From Haemophilus parainfluenzae (GTDB lineage: Bacteria; Pseudomonadota; Gammaproteobacteria; Enterobacterales; Pasteurellaceae), in the NCBI GenBank assembly GCA_018381885.1, contig JAGZRA010000011.1:25294-89293 (forward strand): a stretch of 64,000 bases of DNA. The letters run 5' to 3'. Position 1 is the stretch's first letter, and every line of letters begins with the position of its first letter. This document shows, one piece after another, positions 42,153 to 53,120 of the stretch. Under the pieces are notes generated by a model. It had not been told where the DNA came from and ran no database searches. It saw only the letters and a program-made list of their open reading frames with translations. The position numbers were made by a program, and so were the translations under genes.

Positions 42153-42955
42153 TTGGGCTCACTTTTATTCTTGTCGTAGCATTAATCAGTATTTTTGCTC
42201 CTTGGATTGCACCTTTTGATCCTATAGAACAAAATCGTTCAGCGCTATTGTTACCGCCTGCGTGGTATGAAGGCGGAAATTCAGCTTATTTACTGGGTAC
42301 GGATGACATTGGTCGAGATATTCTTTCTCGCATTATTTATGGTACGCGCATTTCTGTTTTTGCAGGTTTCATTATTGTCATTTTATCTTGCATTTTAGGT
42401 ACGAGTCTTGGCTTGCTTGCAGGCTATTATGGTGGAGCATTAGATACATTAATTGTTCGTTTCATTGATATCATGTTGGCTATCCCAAACTTGCTTTTAA
42501 CCATTGTGGTGGTGTCAATTTTAGAGCCCTCTTTAACGAATGCGACGTTGGCGATTGCCGTGGTATCCATTCCAAGTTATGTGCGTTTAACACGTGCGGC
42601 GGTATTGAATGAGAAAAACAGAGATTATGTCACTTCTTCACGAGTGGCGGGAGCTAGCGTATTACGTTTAATGTTTATTGTGATTTTACCGAATTGTCTT
42701 GCACCGCTTATCGTGCAAATGACGATGGGAATTTCTAACGCGATTTTAGAGCTAGCAACCTTAGGTTTCTTAGGTATCGGCGCAAAACCACCAACACCGG
42801 AATTGGGCACTATGTTATCTGAATCACGTAGCTTTATGCAGGCAGCAAACTGGTTGGTTACCATTCCAGGTTTAGTAATTTTATCGCTTGTTTTAGCATT
42901 TAACTTAATGGGTGACGGGTTGCGTGATGCACTCGATCCAAAATTAAAACAATAG
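42149..42955 (+). CDS. dppC: dipeptide ABC transporter permease DppC, 5'-truncated
   Basis: Homology to the DppC N-terminus ([15 protein letters not shown] ~ FWHYFKRNKGAVVGL) begins upstream of the GTG at 42149. The frame is open back to 42080 without any ATG/GTG/TTG start. About 20 N-terminal codons and the real start are missing. Confidence 0.65.
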   Translation: MIGLTFILVVALISIFAPWIAPFDPIEQNRSALLLPPAWYEGGNSAYLLGTDDIGRDILSRIIYGTRISVFAGFIIVILSCILGTSLGLLAGYYGGALDTLIVRFIDIMLAIPNLLLTIVVVSILEPSLTNATLAIAVVSIPSYVRLTRAAVLNEKNRDYVTSSRVAGASVLRLMFIVILPNCLAPLIVQMTMGISNAILELATLGFLGIGAKPPTPELGTMLSESRSFMQAANWLVTIPGLVILSLVLAFNLMGDGLRDALDPKLKQ

Positions 42956-42963
42956 GGGGCAGA

Positions 42964-43947
42964 ATGGCATTATTAGATGTAAAAGAGCTTTCTGTTCACT
43001 TTGGTGATGAAAAAGCACCTTTTAAAGCGGTGGATCGTATTAGCTACCAAGTCAATCAAGGCGAAGTATTAGGTATTGTCGGCGAGTCAGGTTCAGGGAA
43101 ATCAGTAAGTTCCCTTGCTGTGATGGGCTTAATTGATTTTCCTGGGCGTGTTTCAGCGAAAGGGCTAGAATTTGAAGGAAAAGATCTCTTAAGCTTACCG
43201 CCAAAAGAAAAGCGGGAATTAGTTGGGGCAGATATTGCCATGATCTTCCAAGACCCGATGACAAGCTTAAATCCTGCTTATACAGTAGGTTTCCAAATTA
43301 TGGAAGCGATTAAGGCGCATCAAGGCGGCAGCAAAAAAGAACGTCGTGAACGCACCTTAGAGCTATTACGTTTAGTCGGTATTCCTGATCCTGAATCACG
43401 TATTGATGTTTATCCGCATCAGCTTTCTGGTGGGATGAGCCAACGCGTTATGATTGCTATGGCGATTGCATGTAAACCGAGATTACTCATTGCAGATGAA
43501 CCAACCACCGCACTGGATGTGACTATTCAAGCTCAAATTGTAGATTTGTTGCTTGAGTTACAGCAAAAAGAATGTATGTCGTTGATTCTGATCACGCACG
43601 ATCTTGCGTTAGTTGCAGAAGCGGCACATCGTATTATTGTGATGTATGCAGGACAAGTAGTGGAAGAAGGACGAGCAGAAGATATTTTCCGTGAACCCAA
43701 ACATCCTTATACTCAAGCGTTATTGCGTTCTTTACCTGAGTTCGCAGAAGGTAAATCTCGTTTGCAATCTTTACCTGGTGTGGTGCCAGGTAAATACGAT
43801 CGCCCACAAGGTTGTTTGTTAAATCCACGATGTCCGTATGCGACCGATCTTTGTCGAAGTGTTGAACCTGAATTGCGTCAAATAGGAAATCGACAAGTAA
43901 AATGTCACACCCCATTAAATGCCCAAGGAGAACCTAGCAATGTCTAA
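42964..43947 (+). CDS. dppD: dipeptide ABC transporter ATP-binding protein DppD
   Basis: 327 aa; Walker [10 protein letters not shown]-terminal oligopeptide-ABC domain. Confidence 0.85.
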   Translation: MALLDVKELSVHFGDEKAPFKAVDRISYQVNQGEVLGIVGESGSGKSVSSLAVMGLIDFPGRVSAKGLEFEGKDLLSLPPKEKRELVGADIAMIFQDPMTSLNPAYTVGFQIMEAIKAHQGGSKKERRERTLELLRLVGIPDPESRIDVYPHQLSGGMSQRVMIAMAIACKPRLLIADEPTTALDVTIQAQIVDLLLELQQKECMSLILITHDLALVAEAAHRIIVMYAGQVVEEGRAEDIFREPKHPYTQALLRSLPEFAEGKSRLQSLPGVVPGKYDRPQGCLLNPRCPYATDLCRSVEPELRQIGNRQVKCHTPLNAQGEPSNV

Positions 43948-44923
43948 TGTCGCACAAGAAAATGCACCATTGCTCAATGCCATTGGGCTGAAGAAATATT
44001 ATCCTGTCAAAAAAGGGATGTTTGCTAAAACACAGCAAGTGAAAGCATTAGATGGTGTGTCTTTTTCCTTAGAACGTGGTAAAACCCTTGCGGTGGTAGG
44101 CGAGTCTGGTTGTGGTAAATCCACACTAGGCCGTCTTTTGACGATGATAGAAGAACCGACAGAAGGTGAGTTGTACTACAACGGGCAAAATTTCTTAGAG
44201 AATGATCACGAAACGAAAGCATTGCGCCGTCAGAAAATCCAAATAGTGTTTCAAAACCCTTATGCATCACTAAATCCGCGTAAGAAAATCGGCACAATTT
44301 TGGAAGAACCTTTAGTCATTAATACGAATTTATCAGCTAAAGAACGTAAACAAAAAGTATTGTCCATGATGGCAAAAGTGGGATTACGTGCAGAGTTTTA
44401 TGATCGCTATCCACATATGTTTTCGGGTGGACAACGCCAACGTATCGCGATTGCTCGTGGTTTAATGCTTGATCCTGACGTGGTTGTAGCGGATGAACCT
44501 GTTTCAGCGTTAGACGTATCTGTTCGTGCGCAAGTGCTGAATTTGATGATGGATTTGCAAGCTGAGCTAGGTTTATCTTATGTCTTTATTTCCCATGATC
44601 TTTCGGTGGTTGAGCATATTTCTGATGAAGTGATGGTGATGTATTTAGGTCGTTGTGTTGAAATGGGTACAAAAGAGCAGATCTTTAAAAATCCACAACA
44701 TCCTTATACGCAAGCTTTGCTTTCAGCGACACCAAGATTGTCACCTGAATTACGTCGTCAACGGATTAAATTAACAGGAGAATTACCAAGTCCGATTAAT
44801 CCACCAAAAGGTTGTGCATTTAATCCACGTTGTTGGAAAGCGACCGATAAATGTCGAAATGAGCAGCCTAAATTGGAAAAATATCCTGATGGTAAGTTAA
44901 TTGCTTGTTTCCATCTCGATTAG
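43940..44923 (+). CDS. dppF: dipeptide ABC transporter ATP-binding protein DppF
   Basis: Start set at MSNVAQEN (aaggaga SD), overlapping the dppD stop by 8 nt; near-collinear with E. coli DppF. Confidence 0.85.
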   Translation: MSNVAQENAPLLNAIGLKKYYPVKKGMFAKTQQVKALDGVSFSLERGKTLAVVGESGCGKSTLGRLLTMIEEPTEGELYYNGQNFLENDHETKALRRQKIQIVFQNPYASLNPRKKIGTILEEPLVINTNLSAKERKQKVLSMMAKVGLRAEFYDRYPHMFSGGQRQRIAIARGLMLDPDVVVADEPVSALDVSVRAQVLNLMMDLQAELGLSYVFISHDLSVVEHISDEVMVMYLGRCVEMGTKEQIFKNPQHPYTQALLSATPRLSPELRRQRIKLTGELPSPINPPKGCAFNPRCWKATDKCRNEQPKLEKYPDGKLIACFHLD

Positions 44924-44935
44924 AAAGAGAAAAGA

Positions 44936-44970
44936 AAATGACCGCACTTGTTGATTAAGTGCGGTCATTT
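44936..44970. terminator. USS inverted-pair terminator (dppF/sotB)
   Basis: aaatgaccgcactt-gttgatt-aagtgcggtcattttttt. Confidence 0.75.
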
Positions 44971-44972
44971 TT

Positions 44973-46151
44973 TTAGAGGTTTTGAGTACGATAGCGGAAA
45001 TTGAAGAAGACAAAGATGCCAAGTGCAATCATCGCTAATGCTGCCCCCGTAAAGCCAATATATTCAAGACCGACATGACGAGCGATTTGGTTACCAAACA
45101 GTGCACCTGCACCGATACCCGCATTGAAAATACCGGAATAAATAGCACTTGCTACATCCGTTGCGTCAGGAGCAAGTTGTAGTACACGCATTTGTAAGGC
45201 AAGTCCGATACAAGAGATGCCAATACCCCAAATAAAAGCAAGAGTAAACATCGTGGCGGTATAACTTGCAGAAACAAGCATAAAGGCTAAAGAGACTGCC
45301 AATAAAATCATTGCCGTACTGATAAATTGGGTTGGACCAAAACGGTATAAGCGGTTAAAGATCACACTTGCGGTAATGCCAGACACCCCAAATACCAACA
45401 AAATTATTGTCGCAAGATTTGGATCGAGTTCGCCGATTTGAACCATAAAGGGTTCAATGTAGGTATAAGCGGTAAAGTGCGCAGAAACAATGATTACCGT
45501 TGTGGCATAAAGTCCAATCAGTAATGGACGTTTCGCTAAAATTGGCAGACTAGATAACGAGCCTGCATTTTTACTTGGTAGATTTGGCAATAAACGCATA
45601 ATGAATAGCATCACAACCAAAGCTAATGCGGCAATGATTGCAAAAGTAATACGCCAACCAACTAATTGACCGACTAAACGGCCTAATGGTAAGCCTAAAA
45701 TAGTTGCAAGGGATGTCCCGATAGCGAGCATACCAATGGCTTGTGTTTTCTTATTCTTCGGTGCCACACGCATCACTAATGACGCAGTAATTGCCCAGAA
45801 GAGTGAATGCGCTACCGCAATACACATACGAGCAATGAGAAGAATCCAATAATTCCACGCAATGACTGAGATAATATGGCCGATGATAAAAATCACAAAA
45901 AGTTTCAGCAATAAGCCTTTACGTTCCATATCACCTGTCGCGAGCATGGCGGGTAAAGACATAATCATAACCGTCCAAGCATAAACGGTCATCATTAAAC
46001 CCACATCGGAGCTTTGCATATCAAAACTTTGTCCGATGTCAGTGAGTAACGCAACTGGCACAAATTCCGTGGTGTTAAAAATAAAAGCGGCGCAAGCCAT
46101 GATGACTACGCGCCAATATTGGGTTCTTTCTGCTTTCTGATAAAATGACAT
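44973..46151 (-). CDS. MFS sugar efflux transporter, SotB/SetA family
   Basis: 392 aa; collinear with E. coli SotB (...AAFIFNTTEFVPV...DATDVA...GIFNAGIGAGAL...). Confidence 0.75.
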   Translation of the reverse strand: MSFYQKAERTQYWRVVIMACAAFIFNTTEFVPVALLTDIGQSFDMQSSDVGLMMTVYAWTVMIMSLPAMLATGDMERKGLLLKLFVIFIIGHIISVIAWNYWILLIARMCIAVAHSLFWAITASLVMRVAPKNKKTQAIGMLAIGTSLATILGLPLGRLVGQLVGWRITFAIIAALALVVMLFIMRLLPNLPSKNAGSLSSLPILAKRPLLIGLYATTVIIVSAHFTAYTYIEPFMVQIGELDPNLATIILLVFGVSGITASVIFNRLYRFGPTQFISTAMILLAVSLAFMLVSASYTATMFTLAFIWGIGISCIGLALQMRVLQLAPDATDVASAIYSGIFNAGIGAGALFGNQIARHVGLEYIGFTGAALAMIALGIFVFFNFRYRTQNL

Positions 46152-47338
46152 TATTTTAATTTCTCTTTAATTAATTCTTTCAATTGATGGCGGAAATTTT
46201 TATCAATATTTAACTTATATTGTGGAGCGTAACAGCTATCGAAAAAGCGAATTGGCAATGCGAGTTTTTTGTATTTTTCGTCAGTTAATCTTAAAGTTAA
46301 ATTGATGTCACATTGTACATTATCTAAATCAATGGCTCCAGAACCTTCACCTAAAAGTGCGGTTGTTTTTAAGCTTATTTTATCTACTTTGAGTAAATGG
46401 TTTTCGAACGAAAGATGTGATTCAAAACGTTCGTAAGGTGTATTCATATTTCTGCTGGCAGTTAAATCACTGTTGTAGTTAATTGGTAAATACTGTGCCG
46501 CCATATCCAATAAATTTAATCCTAAAAGTTCCCCATTTTGAGCGTCGAAACTGAATTCTCCTTTAGTGAGTTCTGAATTGGTTAGGGCGAGTTGGATATT
46601 AAAATCTGCATTGCCTGTTAATGTATTAGGGAAGTTTAGTAAGGCGATAAGTTGCGTCATTGGGAAATTTTTACCGGAAAAATTGACCGCACTTTGTTGC
46701 TCTTTATGACTAAATTTAAAAGTGGCTAAACAATGTTGGCAATCTGGCTGTAAATAGGCATTGACGGTTTTAACCGGTTTTGAGAAATCAACGTAAGTTT
46801 CAATGTAACCCAGTGGTTGTTGATTTAAACGGGCATTGACAAATTGAATCAGATTTTTGCCTTGGTGATTTAGGTTAATATTTCCCTTGCTAAACGCAAA
46901 TTGATATTGCGTGTTTGTGCCATAAAGTGGTTTATCAAGAGAAATCGTAACCGCACTTTCACCTTTAAACGCAATGTTTTGGTTAAAAATATTTTTAAGT
47001 GAAAAATCAGTAAAACGACCATGAATATTGGTATGGTTTAGGGCTTGTTCACTGAGTTTAAAATGAGTGATTTGTACATCTTCTAAAATCGGGTTACCTG
47101 AAAAAAGCGGGAAGAGTGCAAATTTAGCTTCAATGTTTTCAGCTGAAAGTTGATGGTATTTCAAACCCGATAAATTTACCGTTGGTTGAGGTAGAAGGTT
47201 TAGTGAAAAATCATTTACTTGAATATCATATTGCGCTAAATGATCGGCAATGCTGTTTTTCAGTTGATTGAGTTGAATATAGAAAAAAGCAAAGATCGCA
47301 AACAGCACGATCAACAGGCTAATTGCGATCTTTTTCAT
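46151..47338 (-). CDS. AsmA-family protein (short form)
   Basis: N-terminal TM anchor; C-terminal region LKTTALLGEGSGAIDLDNVQCDINLTLRL resembles the AsmA C-terminus; udk-dcd-asmA synteny as in E. coli. Confidence 0.6.
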   Translation of the reverse strand: MKKIAISLLIVLFAIFAFFYIQLNQLKNSIADHLAQYDIQVNDFSLNLLPQPTVNLSGLKYHQLSAENIEAKFALFPLFSGNPILEDVQITHFKLSEQALNHTNIHGRFTDFSLKNIFNQNIAFKGESAVTISLDKPLYGTNTQYQFAFSKGNINLNHQGKNLIQFVNARLNQQPLGYIETYVDFSKPVKTVNAYLQPDCQHCLATFKFSHKEQQSAVNFSGKNFPMTQLIALLNFPNTLTGNADFNIQLALTNSELTKGEFSFDAQNGELLGLNLLDMAAQYLPINYNSDLTASRNMNTPYERFESHLSFENHLLKVDKISLKTTALLGEGSGAIDLDNVQCDINLTLRLTDEKYKKLALPIRFFDSCYAPQYKLNIDKNFRHQLKELIKEKLK

Positions 47339-47341
47339 GGA

Positions 47342-47923
47342 TTAATCCTCATTAATTCGGCTTGCCACTGCATTTTGCTGATGTTTATATTTGGCATCTT
47401 TACGACTGGTGTAAGGGCGCGCTGCCGGGCCGCTTAACACTTCGAAACTCAATGCACCAATCACCATATTAGGACGTAATGCTAAAGGTAATTTGCCGGA
47501 GTTGTAGAATTCCAACACAATTTTGCCTTCCCAACCTGGATCGATACGATGTGCGGTTACATGTACCATTAAACCTAAACGAGCAAGTGAAGAACGACCA
47601 TCTAGCCAACCGATAATATTGGCAGGGAGTTTCACAGACTCTAATGTGGTTGCTAACGCCAACATACCAGGATGTAAGAAGAAGGCTTCATCATCACCGA
47701 TAACAATTTCGTCACTCATCACTGATTCAAGTTGAGCAGAGACTTCTTCTTTCGGGCCACTTAAATCAATATAAGGTGCGGAATGTTCACGAAATACGCG
47801 AAATGAATTGCCTAAACGCACATCAATAGTTGCCCCATTGATTTTGTCATTTTCAGGACGAGGCGTTAAAGAAATAATGCCATCATCTAGATAGCGTTCG
47901 ATATCGGTATCGCAAAGACGCAT
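47342..47923 (-). CDS. dcd: dCTP deaminase
   Basis: 193 aa; [15 protein letters not shown]... Confidence 0.9.
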   Translation of the reverse strand: MRLCDTDIERYLDDGIISLTPRPENDKINGATIDVRLGNSFRVFREHSAPYIDLSGPKEEVSAQLESVMSDEIVIGDDEAFFLHPGMLALATTLESVKLPANIIGWLDGRSSLARLGLMVHVTAHRIDPGWEGKIVLEFYNSGKLPLALRPNMVIGALSFEVLSGPAARPYTSRKDAKYKHQQNAVASRINED

Positions 47924-47931
47924 GATTTTTC

Positions 47932-48573
47932 CTATTTTTGGTTTAATAAATGAAGAATTTGAGCTTTTAACATATTAATCGCAATACGGTTTTTACCACC
48001 GCGAGGAATCACGATATCCGCATATTGTTTTGATGGCTCGATAAATTGTAAGAACATTGGACGAACAGTTGCACGATATTGATCAATAACAGATTGTAAC
48101 GAACGGCCTCGTTCTTCCATATCACGTTGTAAACGGCGGATAAAGCAAATATCTAATGGGGTATCCACGAATACAGAAATATCGGCTAATTGGCGAACTC
48201 GCTCATCAGTAAGCAATAAAATCCCTTCTAAAATCACAATTTTTTTCGGCGTGAAGTGCTTGGTTTCGCCTGTTCGGGTGTGATCAACATAACTGTAGAC
48301 TGGAATATCAACGGCAGTTCCGTTTTTTAAGTCTTTTAAGTGTTGAATGAGTAAATCTCTGTCCATTGAACTCGGGTGGTCATAGTTGGTTTTTACTCGC
48401 TCACTCATCTCTAAATGGCTTTGATCTTTATAGTAGCTGTCTTCAGCAATAATGCCGATTTCTTCACAACCTAAGTCGTTACAAAGTTCTTTATGAACGG
48501 TGGAAGCAATAGAGCTTTTTCCTGAAGCGGATGCCCCCGTGATAGCGATGATAATACAAGATGAGTCTGACAT
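47932..48573 (-). CDS. udk: uridine kinase
   Basis: 213 aa; P-loop GASASGKSS. Confidence 0.9.
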   Translation of the reverse strand: MSDSSCIIIAITGASASGKSSIASTVHKELCNDLGCEEIGIIAEDSYYKDQSHLEMSERVKTNYDHPSSMDRDLLIQHLKDLKNGTAVDIPVYSYVDHTRTGETKHFTPKKIVILEGILLLTDERVRQLADISVFVDTPLDICFIRRLQRDMEERGRSLQSVIDQYRATVRPMFLQFIEPSKQYADIVIPRGGKNRIAINMLKAQILHLLNQK

Positions 48574-48668
48574 AGAACGTCCTCAAAAACGGAAGGTAAA
48601 AATTACAAGGATTATAAAGAAAAATCAGTTTAAATTCATCTTTCTTTTTTATTTAAATTTTTTAAATT

Positions 48669-48684
48669 TGTGAAGTAGTTCACG
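48669..48684 (+). promoter_or_regulatory. candidate CRP site upstream of the afuA-like operon
   Basis: TGTGAagtagtTCACG matches TGTGA-N6-TCACA at 9/10, about 85 bp before the ATG at 48759. Confidence 0.45.
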
Positions 48685-48758
48685 GAATTTTTTTTCGTTT
48701 TCGCTTACGATGTGCTCGTTTTTATTATTTCATCAGTGTTATTTATGAGGAGTGTACG

Positions 48759-49799
48759 ATGAAAATGAATAAAATTTCTCTCTCCATTTCAACCGCACTT
48801 TTAGCTGTAGGCTTCATGACATCATCAGCTGTTAATGCTCAAGGGCGTTTAGTGGTGTATTGTAGTGCGACTAACATTCTTTGTGAAACGACAACTAAAG
48901 CCTTTGGCGAAAAATATGATGTGAAAACCTCATTTATTCGCAACGGTTCAGGCAGTACTTTTGCAAAAGTTGAAGCGGAAAAAAATAACCCACAAGCAGA
49001 CGTTTGGTTTGGTGGTACATTCGACCCTCAAGCACAAGCTGCAGAGTTAGGTTTAATCGAACCTTATAAATCTAAACACATTGATGAAATTGTTGAGCGT
49101 TTCCGTGATCCAGCGAAAACCAAAGGACATTATGTCTCTGCGATTTACATGGGTATCTTAGGTTTTGGTGTGAATACCGAGCGTTTAGCAAAATTAGGTA
49201 TTAAAGAAGTACCAAAATGCTGGAAAGATTTAACCGATCCTCGCTTAAAAGGCGAAGTGCAAATTGCTGACCCACAAAGTGCGGGTACAGCTTACACCGC
49301 GTTGGCTACTTTCGTTCAACTTTGGGGCGAAGATAAAGCCTTTGATTTCTTAAAAGCATTACATCCAAACGTATCGCAATATACCAAATCAGGTGTGACT
49401 CCATCTCGTAATGCAGCACGTGGTGAAACTGCGGTAGGTATCGGTTTCTTACACGATTACGCACTTGAAAAACGTCAAGGTGCACCGTTGGAATTAGTGG
49501 TGCCTTGTGAGGGTACTGGCTATGAGTTAGGTGGTGTAAGTATCTTAAAAGGTGCGCGTAACATCGATAACGCAAAATTATTCGTGGATTGGGCATTATC
49601 TAAAGAAGGTCAAGAGTTAGCGTGGAAACAAGGTGACTCTTTACAAATCTTAACCAACACCACAGCGGAACAATCGCCAACAGCGTTTGATCCAAACAAA
49701 CTTAACCTTATCAATTATGACTTTGAAAAATACGGTGCAACCGAACAACGCAAAGCCTTAATTGAAAAATGGGTTCAAGACGTTAAATTAGCGAAATAG
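48759..49799 (+). CDS. AfuA/FbpA-family periplasmic substrate-binding protein (paralog 1)
   Basis: 346 aa, signal peptide; about 70% identical to the next ORF. This family is annotated as Fe3+ SBP, but characterised AfuA homologues bind hexose-6-phosphates. Confidence 0.7.
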   Translation: MKMNKISLSISTALLAVGFMTSSAVNAQGRLVVYCSATNILCETTTKAFGEKYDVKTSFIRNGSGSTFAKVEAEKNNPQADVWFGGTFDPQAQAAELGLIEPYKSKHIDEIVERFRDPAKTKGHYVSAIYMGILGFGVNTERLAKLGIKEVPKCWKDLTDPRLKGEVQIADPQSAGTAYTALATFVQLWGEDKAFDFLKALHPNVSQYTKSGVTPSRNAARGETAVGIGFLHDYALEKRQGAPLELVVPCEGTGYELGGVSILKGARNIDNAKLFVDWALSKEGQELAWKQGDSLQILTNTTAEQSPTAFDPNKLNLINYDFEKYGATEQRKALIEKWVQDVKLAK

Positions 49800-49803
49800 T
49801 GTT

Positions 49804-49846
49804 TAAAGTGCGGTTGAAAAACATGAGATTTTTTGACCGCACTTTG
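49804..49846 (+). terminator. USS inverted pair with long loop between the two afuA-like genes
   Basis: aagtgcggt-N22-accgcactt; partial terminator or attenuator. Confidence 0.4.
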
Positions 49847-49935
49847 CCATTTTAGTCCCACTAAATAGGTTTTTACGTGGGGTTCTACGATGAACGTATA
49901 AGCTCATCTTATTTTATAAACACAGGAGTGAACCA

Positions 49936-50973
49936 ATGAAAATGTCTAACGTTGCTTTAGCACTTTCTGGTGTTGTATTTGGTGGCGTGTTGCTAAGTTC
50001 TCACGCATCTGCTGCAGAAGGTCGTTTAGTGGTGTATTGTAGTGCACAAAATACGATGTGCGAGCAAGAAACCATGGCTTTTGAGAAAAAATACGGTATT
50101 AAAACCAGTTTTATCCGTGGTGGAACAGGCACAATTTTAGCCAAAATTGATGCTGAAAAAGATAACCCTCAAGGGGATGTATGGTATGGCGGTACACTTG
50201 ATCCTCATTCTCAAGCGGGTGAAATGGGCTTACTTGAAGCGTATAAGTCACCAAATCTCGCACAAATTCCTGAACAGTTTAGAGATCCTGCTAAAATTAA
50301 AGGCAACTATTCTTCAGCGATTTATCTCGGTGTATTAGGTTTTGGTATCAATCCAGAACGTTTGAAAAAACTTAATTTACCGACACCAAAATGTTGGAAA
50401 GATCTAGTCGATCCTGCTTATCGAAATGAGATCCAGGCAGCCGACCCTCAAAGTTCAGGTACAGGCTATACACAATTAGCCACCTATATCCAACTTTGGG
50501 GTGAAGATGAAGCGTTCAAATATCTCAAAGAACTGAATAAAAATGTTTCCCAATATACTAAATCCGGTAACACGGCAACCCGTAATACAGCACGTGGTGA
50601 AACCGCAATCGGAATTGGTTTTTTACATGAATATTCTTTAGAGAAAGCCAAAGGTGCACCAGTGGAATTAGTTGTACCTTGCGAAGGTACAGGCTATGAA
50701 ATTGGTGGCGTGAGCATTATTAAAGGTGCAAGAAACCTTGAAAATGCGAAATTATTTGTGGATTGGGCGTTATCAAAAGAAGCGCAAGAGTTAACCTGGA
50801 AAAAAGGGGAAGCGTATTCTATTTTAACCAATAGTACCGCTGAGCAATCGCCTTATGCACTCGATTTTAAATCCATCAATTTAATTAATTATGATTTTGA
50901 CAAATACGGCTCAAGTGATTTACGTAAACGTTTGATCACAAAATGGGTTGATGATGTTAAATTAGCAAAATAA
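49936..50973 (+). CDS. AfuA/FbpA-family periplasmic substrate-binding protein (paralog 2)
   Basis: 345 aa, signal peptide; tandem duplicate of the previous ORF. Confidence 0.7.
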   Translation: MKMSNVALALSGVVFGGVLLSSHASAAEGRLVVYCSAQNTMCEQETMAFEKKYGIKTSFIRGGTGTILAKIDAEKDNPQGDVWYGGTLDPHSQAGEMGLLEAYKSPNLAQIPEQFRDPAKIKGNYSSAIYLGVLGFGINPERLKKLNLPTPKCWKDLVDPAYRNEIQAADPQSSGTGYTQLATYIQLWGEDEAFKYLKELNKNVSQYTKSGNTATRNTARGETAIGIGFLHEYSLEKAKGAPVELVVPCEGTGYEIGGVSIIKGARNLENAKLFVDWALSKEAQELTWKKGEAYSILTNSTAEQSPYALDFKSINLINYDFDKYGSSDLRKRLITKWVDDVKLAK

Positions 50974-51038
50974 TGATGTATACATAGCGAAATAATAGCT
51001 ATTATATTATTTCGCTTTTTTCTTTTATGCGAGGTTGT

Positions 51039-53096
51039 ATGAACGCAAATAAACTTCCTATTATCCAATCTGCTAACTTTTGGATAATTCTTGCTGTAAT
51101 TGCATTTCTTCTTCTGCCTTCCCACGCTTTAGATTATGGCTTGTTTGAAAGCACAAGCGATGAATACTTAGGTGCAATGGGTTGGTCTTCGTTAAATATT
51201 ACGGCATTATGGTTTTTACCGGTTATTTTATACGGATTGATGCCACTTCTTAAATTACCGAAAGATACGCAAGCGAAAGCTGAGCTGTATCTTATTGCAG
51301 CAGCGACATTATTTATCTTTGTCAGTGCGACAATTTATAAAGTCAGTATGGGTTATTCTGTGATTGTATTAATCGCGAGTTTAACCGCATTGGCGACATT
51401 TTCCTTCGCGAAATTAAAAGTAATGCAAGGGGATAAATTTATTATTGCCTCTTTACTTTGCATTATCTTATTAATTTTCTTCTTCATCGTTTATCCAACA
51501 TTGGCGATCTTTGTTTCAATGTTCTATGACGGTGATACTTTTGCACCGCAACAAGTGATGCGAATTTTGACTCAAAGCTATATTGTTCGAGTTATTAGCA
51601 ACTCGTTATTCTTATCTGGCTTTGTGGGTATCGTATCAACAATTTTCGGTTTAGCTTTTGCACTTTATACCACCCGTATTGCTCGTAGAACGGCATTTAT
51701 TGGTAAAATTTTCTCTATTTTACCAATCGTCACACCGCCATTCGTTGTGGGTTTAGGGGTAACATTAATGCTTGGCCGTTCTGGTTATGTGACGGAGTTC
51801 TTAGCTTCAACATTTGGATTTGAGAATCACAACTGGTTATACGGTTTCAACGGGATTGCCATTGCACAGATTCTTGCTTTTGCGCCGATTTCATTTATGA
51901 TTTTAGATGGGGCATTAAAATCGGTTCACCCATCAATTGAAGAAGCGTCTTACACCTTACGTGCAAATCGTTACCAAACATTCTTCAATATCATTTTCCC
52001 ATTATTGCGTCCGGCATTGGCAAACTCATTCTTAATCGTGTTTATCCAATCCTTAGCGGACTTTAGTAACCCGTTAGTATTGGGCGGTAGCTTTGATGTA
52101 ATTGCAACGCAAATCTACTTCTATATCGCAGGCTCACAATTAGATTATGCTTCAGCAAGTACTTTAGGTTCGATGCTTTTAATCTTCTCATTAGCCGTAT
52201 TTATCATCCAATATATTTGGATTGGTAACCGCTCTTATGTGACCGTTTCGGGTAAATCCTATCGTGGTGACGTGCAAGATTTACCAACCGGCTTAAAATA
52301 TACCATCATCGGTATGCTTGGTTTCTGGGTACTCTTTAACTTAGCGTTATACGGCAGTATTTTCTACGGTAGTTTCACCGTAAACTGGGGCGTAGATTAC
52401 ACCTTAACCTTGAAAAACTATGCAATGTTATTCGGACAAGGCTTAAGCGATGGGGCATGGCCATCATTGATTAATACCTTAATTTACGCAGGAATTGCCG
52501 CACCATTGACCGCACTTTTCGGTTTATTAATTGCGTATATTGTGGTGCGTAAAGATTTCCAAGGTAAAAAATCTCTTGAATTCTTAACCATGCTTTGCTT
52601 CGCGGTACCAGGAACCGTTGCAGGGGTGTCTTATATTTTAGCCTTTAACAATGCGCCACTTTATATTACGGGTACCAGCATTATCGTGATCATCTCAATG
52701 GTCATGCGTGATTTACCAATCGGTATGCGTGCAGCGATTGCAGGTCTTGGTCAATTAGATAAATCACTTGATGAAGCATCTCTTTCTTTAAAAGGTAGCT
52801 CATGGAAAACCTTGTGGTTTATCGTTTTACCATTATTAAAACCAGCGTTACTTTCTGCATTGGTCACCAGCTTCGTTCGTGCGATGACTACCGTGAGTGC
52901 GATCATCTTCTTAGTTACTGCTGATACACGCGTAGCAACAGCCTATATTTTAAACCGTGTAGAAGATGGTGAATATGGTGTTGCGATTGCATACGGTTCG
53001 ATTTTAATCATCGTGATGATGGCCATTATTTTATTCTTTGACTGGATTGTGGGTGATACCCGAATTTCCCGTTCTAAAGCGAAAAAAATGAATTAA
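51039..53096 (+). CDS. AfuB/FbpB-type fused two-domain ABC permease
   Basis: About 685 aa with two tandem permease domains; start chosen at the second ATG (GAGG SD). Confidence 0.7.
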   Translation: MNANKLPIIQSANFWIILAVIAFLLLPSHALDYGLFESTSDEYLGAMGWSSLNITALWFLPVILYGLMPLLKLPKDTQAKAELYLIAAATLFIFVSATIYKVSMGYSVIVLIASLTALATFSFAKLKVMQGDKFIIASLLCIILLIFFFIVYPTLAIFVSMFYDGDTFAPQQVMRILTQSYIVRVISNSLFLSGFVGIVSTIFGLAFALYTTRIARRTAFIGKIFSILPIVTPPFVVGLGVTLMLGRSGYVTEFLASTFGFENHNWLYGFNGIAIAQILAFAPISFMILDGALKSVHPSIEEASYTLRANRYQTFFNIIFPLLRPALANSFLIVFIQSLADFSNPLVLGGSFDVIATQIYFYIAGSQLDYASASTLGSMLLIFSLAVFIIQYIWIGNRSYVTVSGKSYRGDVQDLPTGLKYTIIGMLGFWVLFNLALYGSIFYGSFTVNWGVDYTLTLKNYAMLFGQGLSDGAWPSLINTLIYAGIAAPLTALFGLLIAYIVVRKDFQGKKSLEFLTMLCFAVPGTVAGVSYILAFNNAPLYITGTSIIVIISMVMRDLPIGMRAAIAGLGQLDKSLDEASLSLKGSSWKTLWFIVLPLLKPALLSALVTSFVRAMTTVSAIIFLVTADTRVATAYILNRVEDGEYGVAIAYGSILIIVMMAIILFFDWIVGDTRISRSKAKKMN

Positions 53097-53120
53097 CTCG
53101 TTAAGTTGTAGGTAAATATT

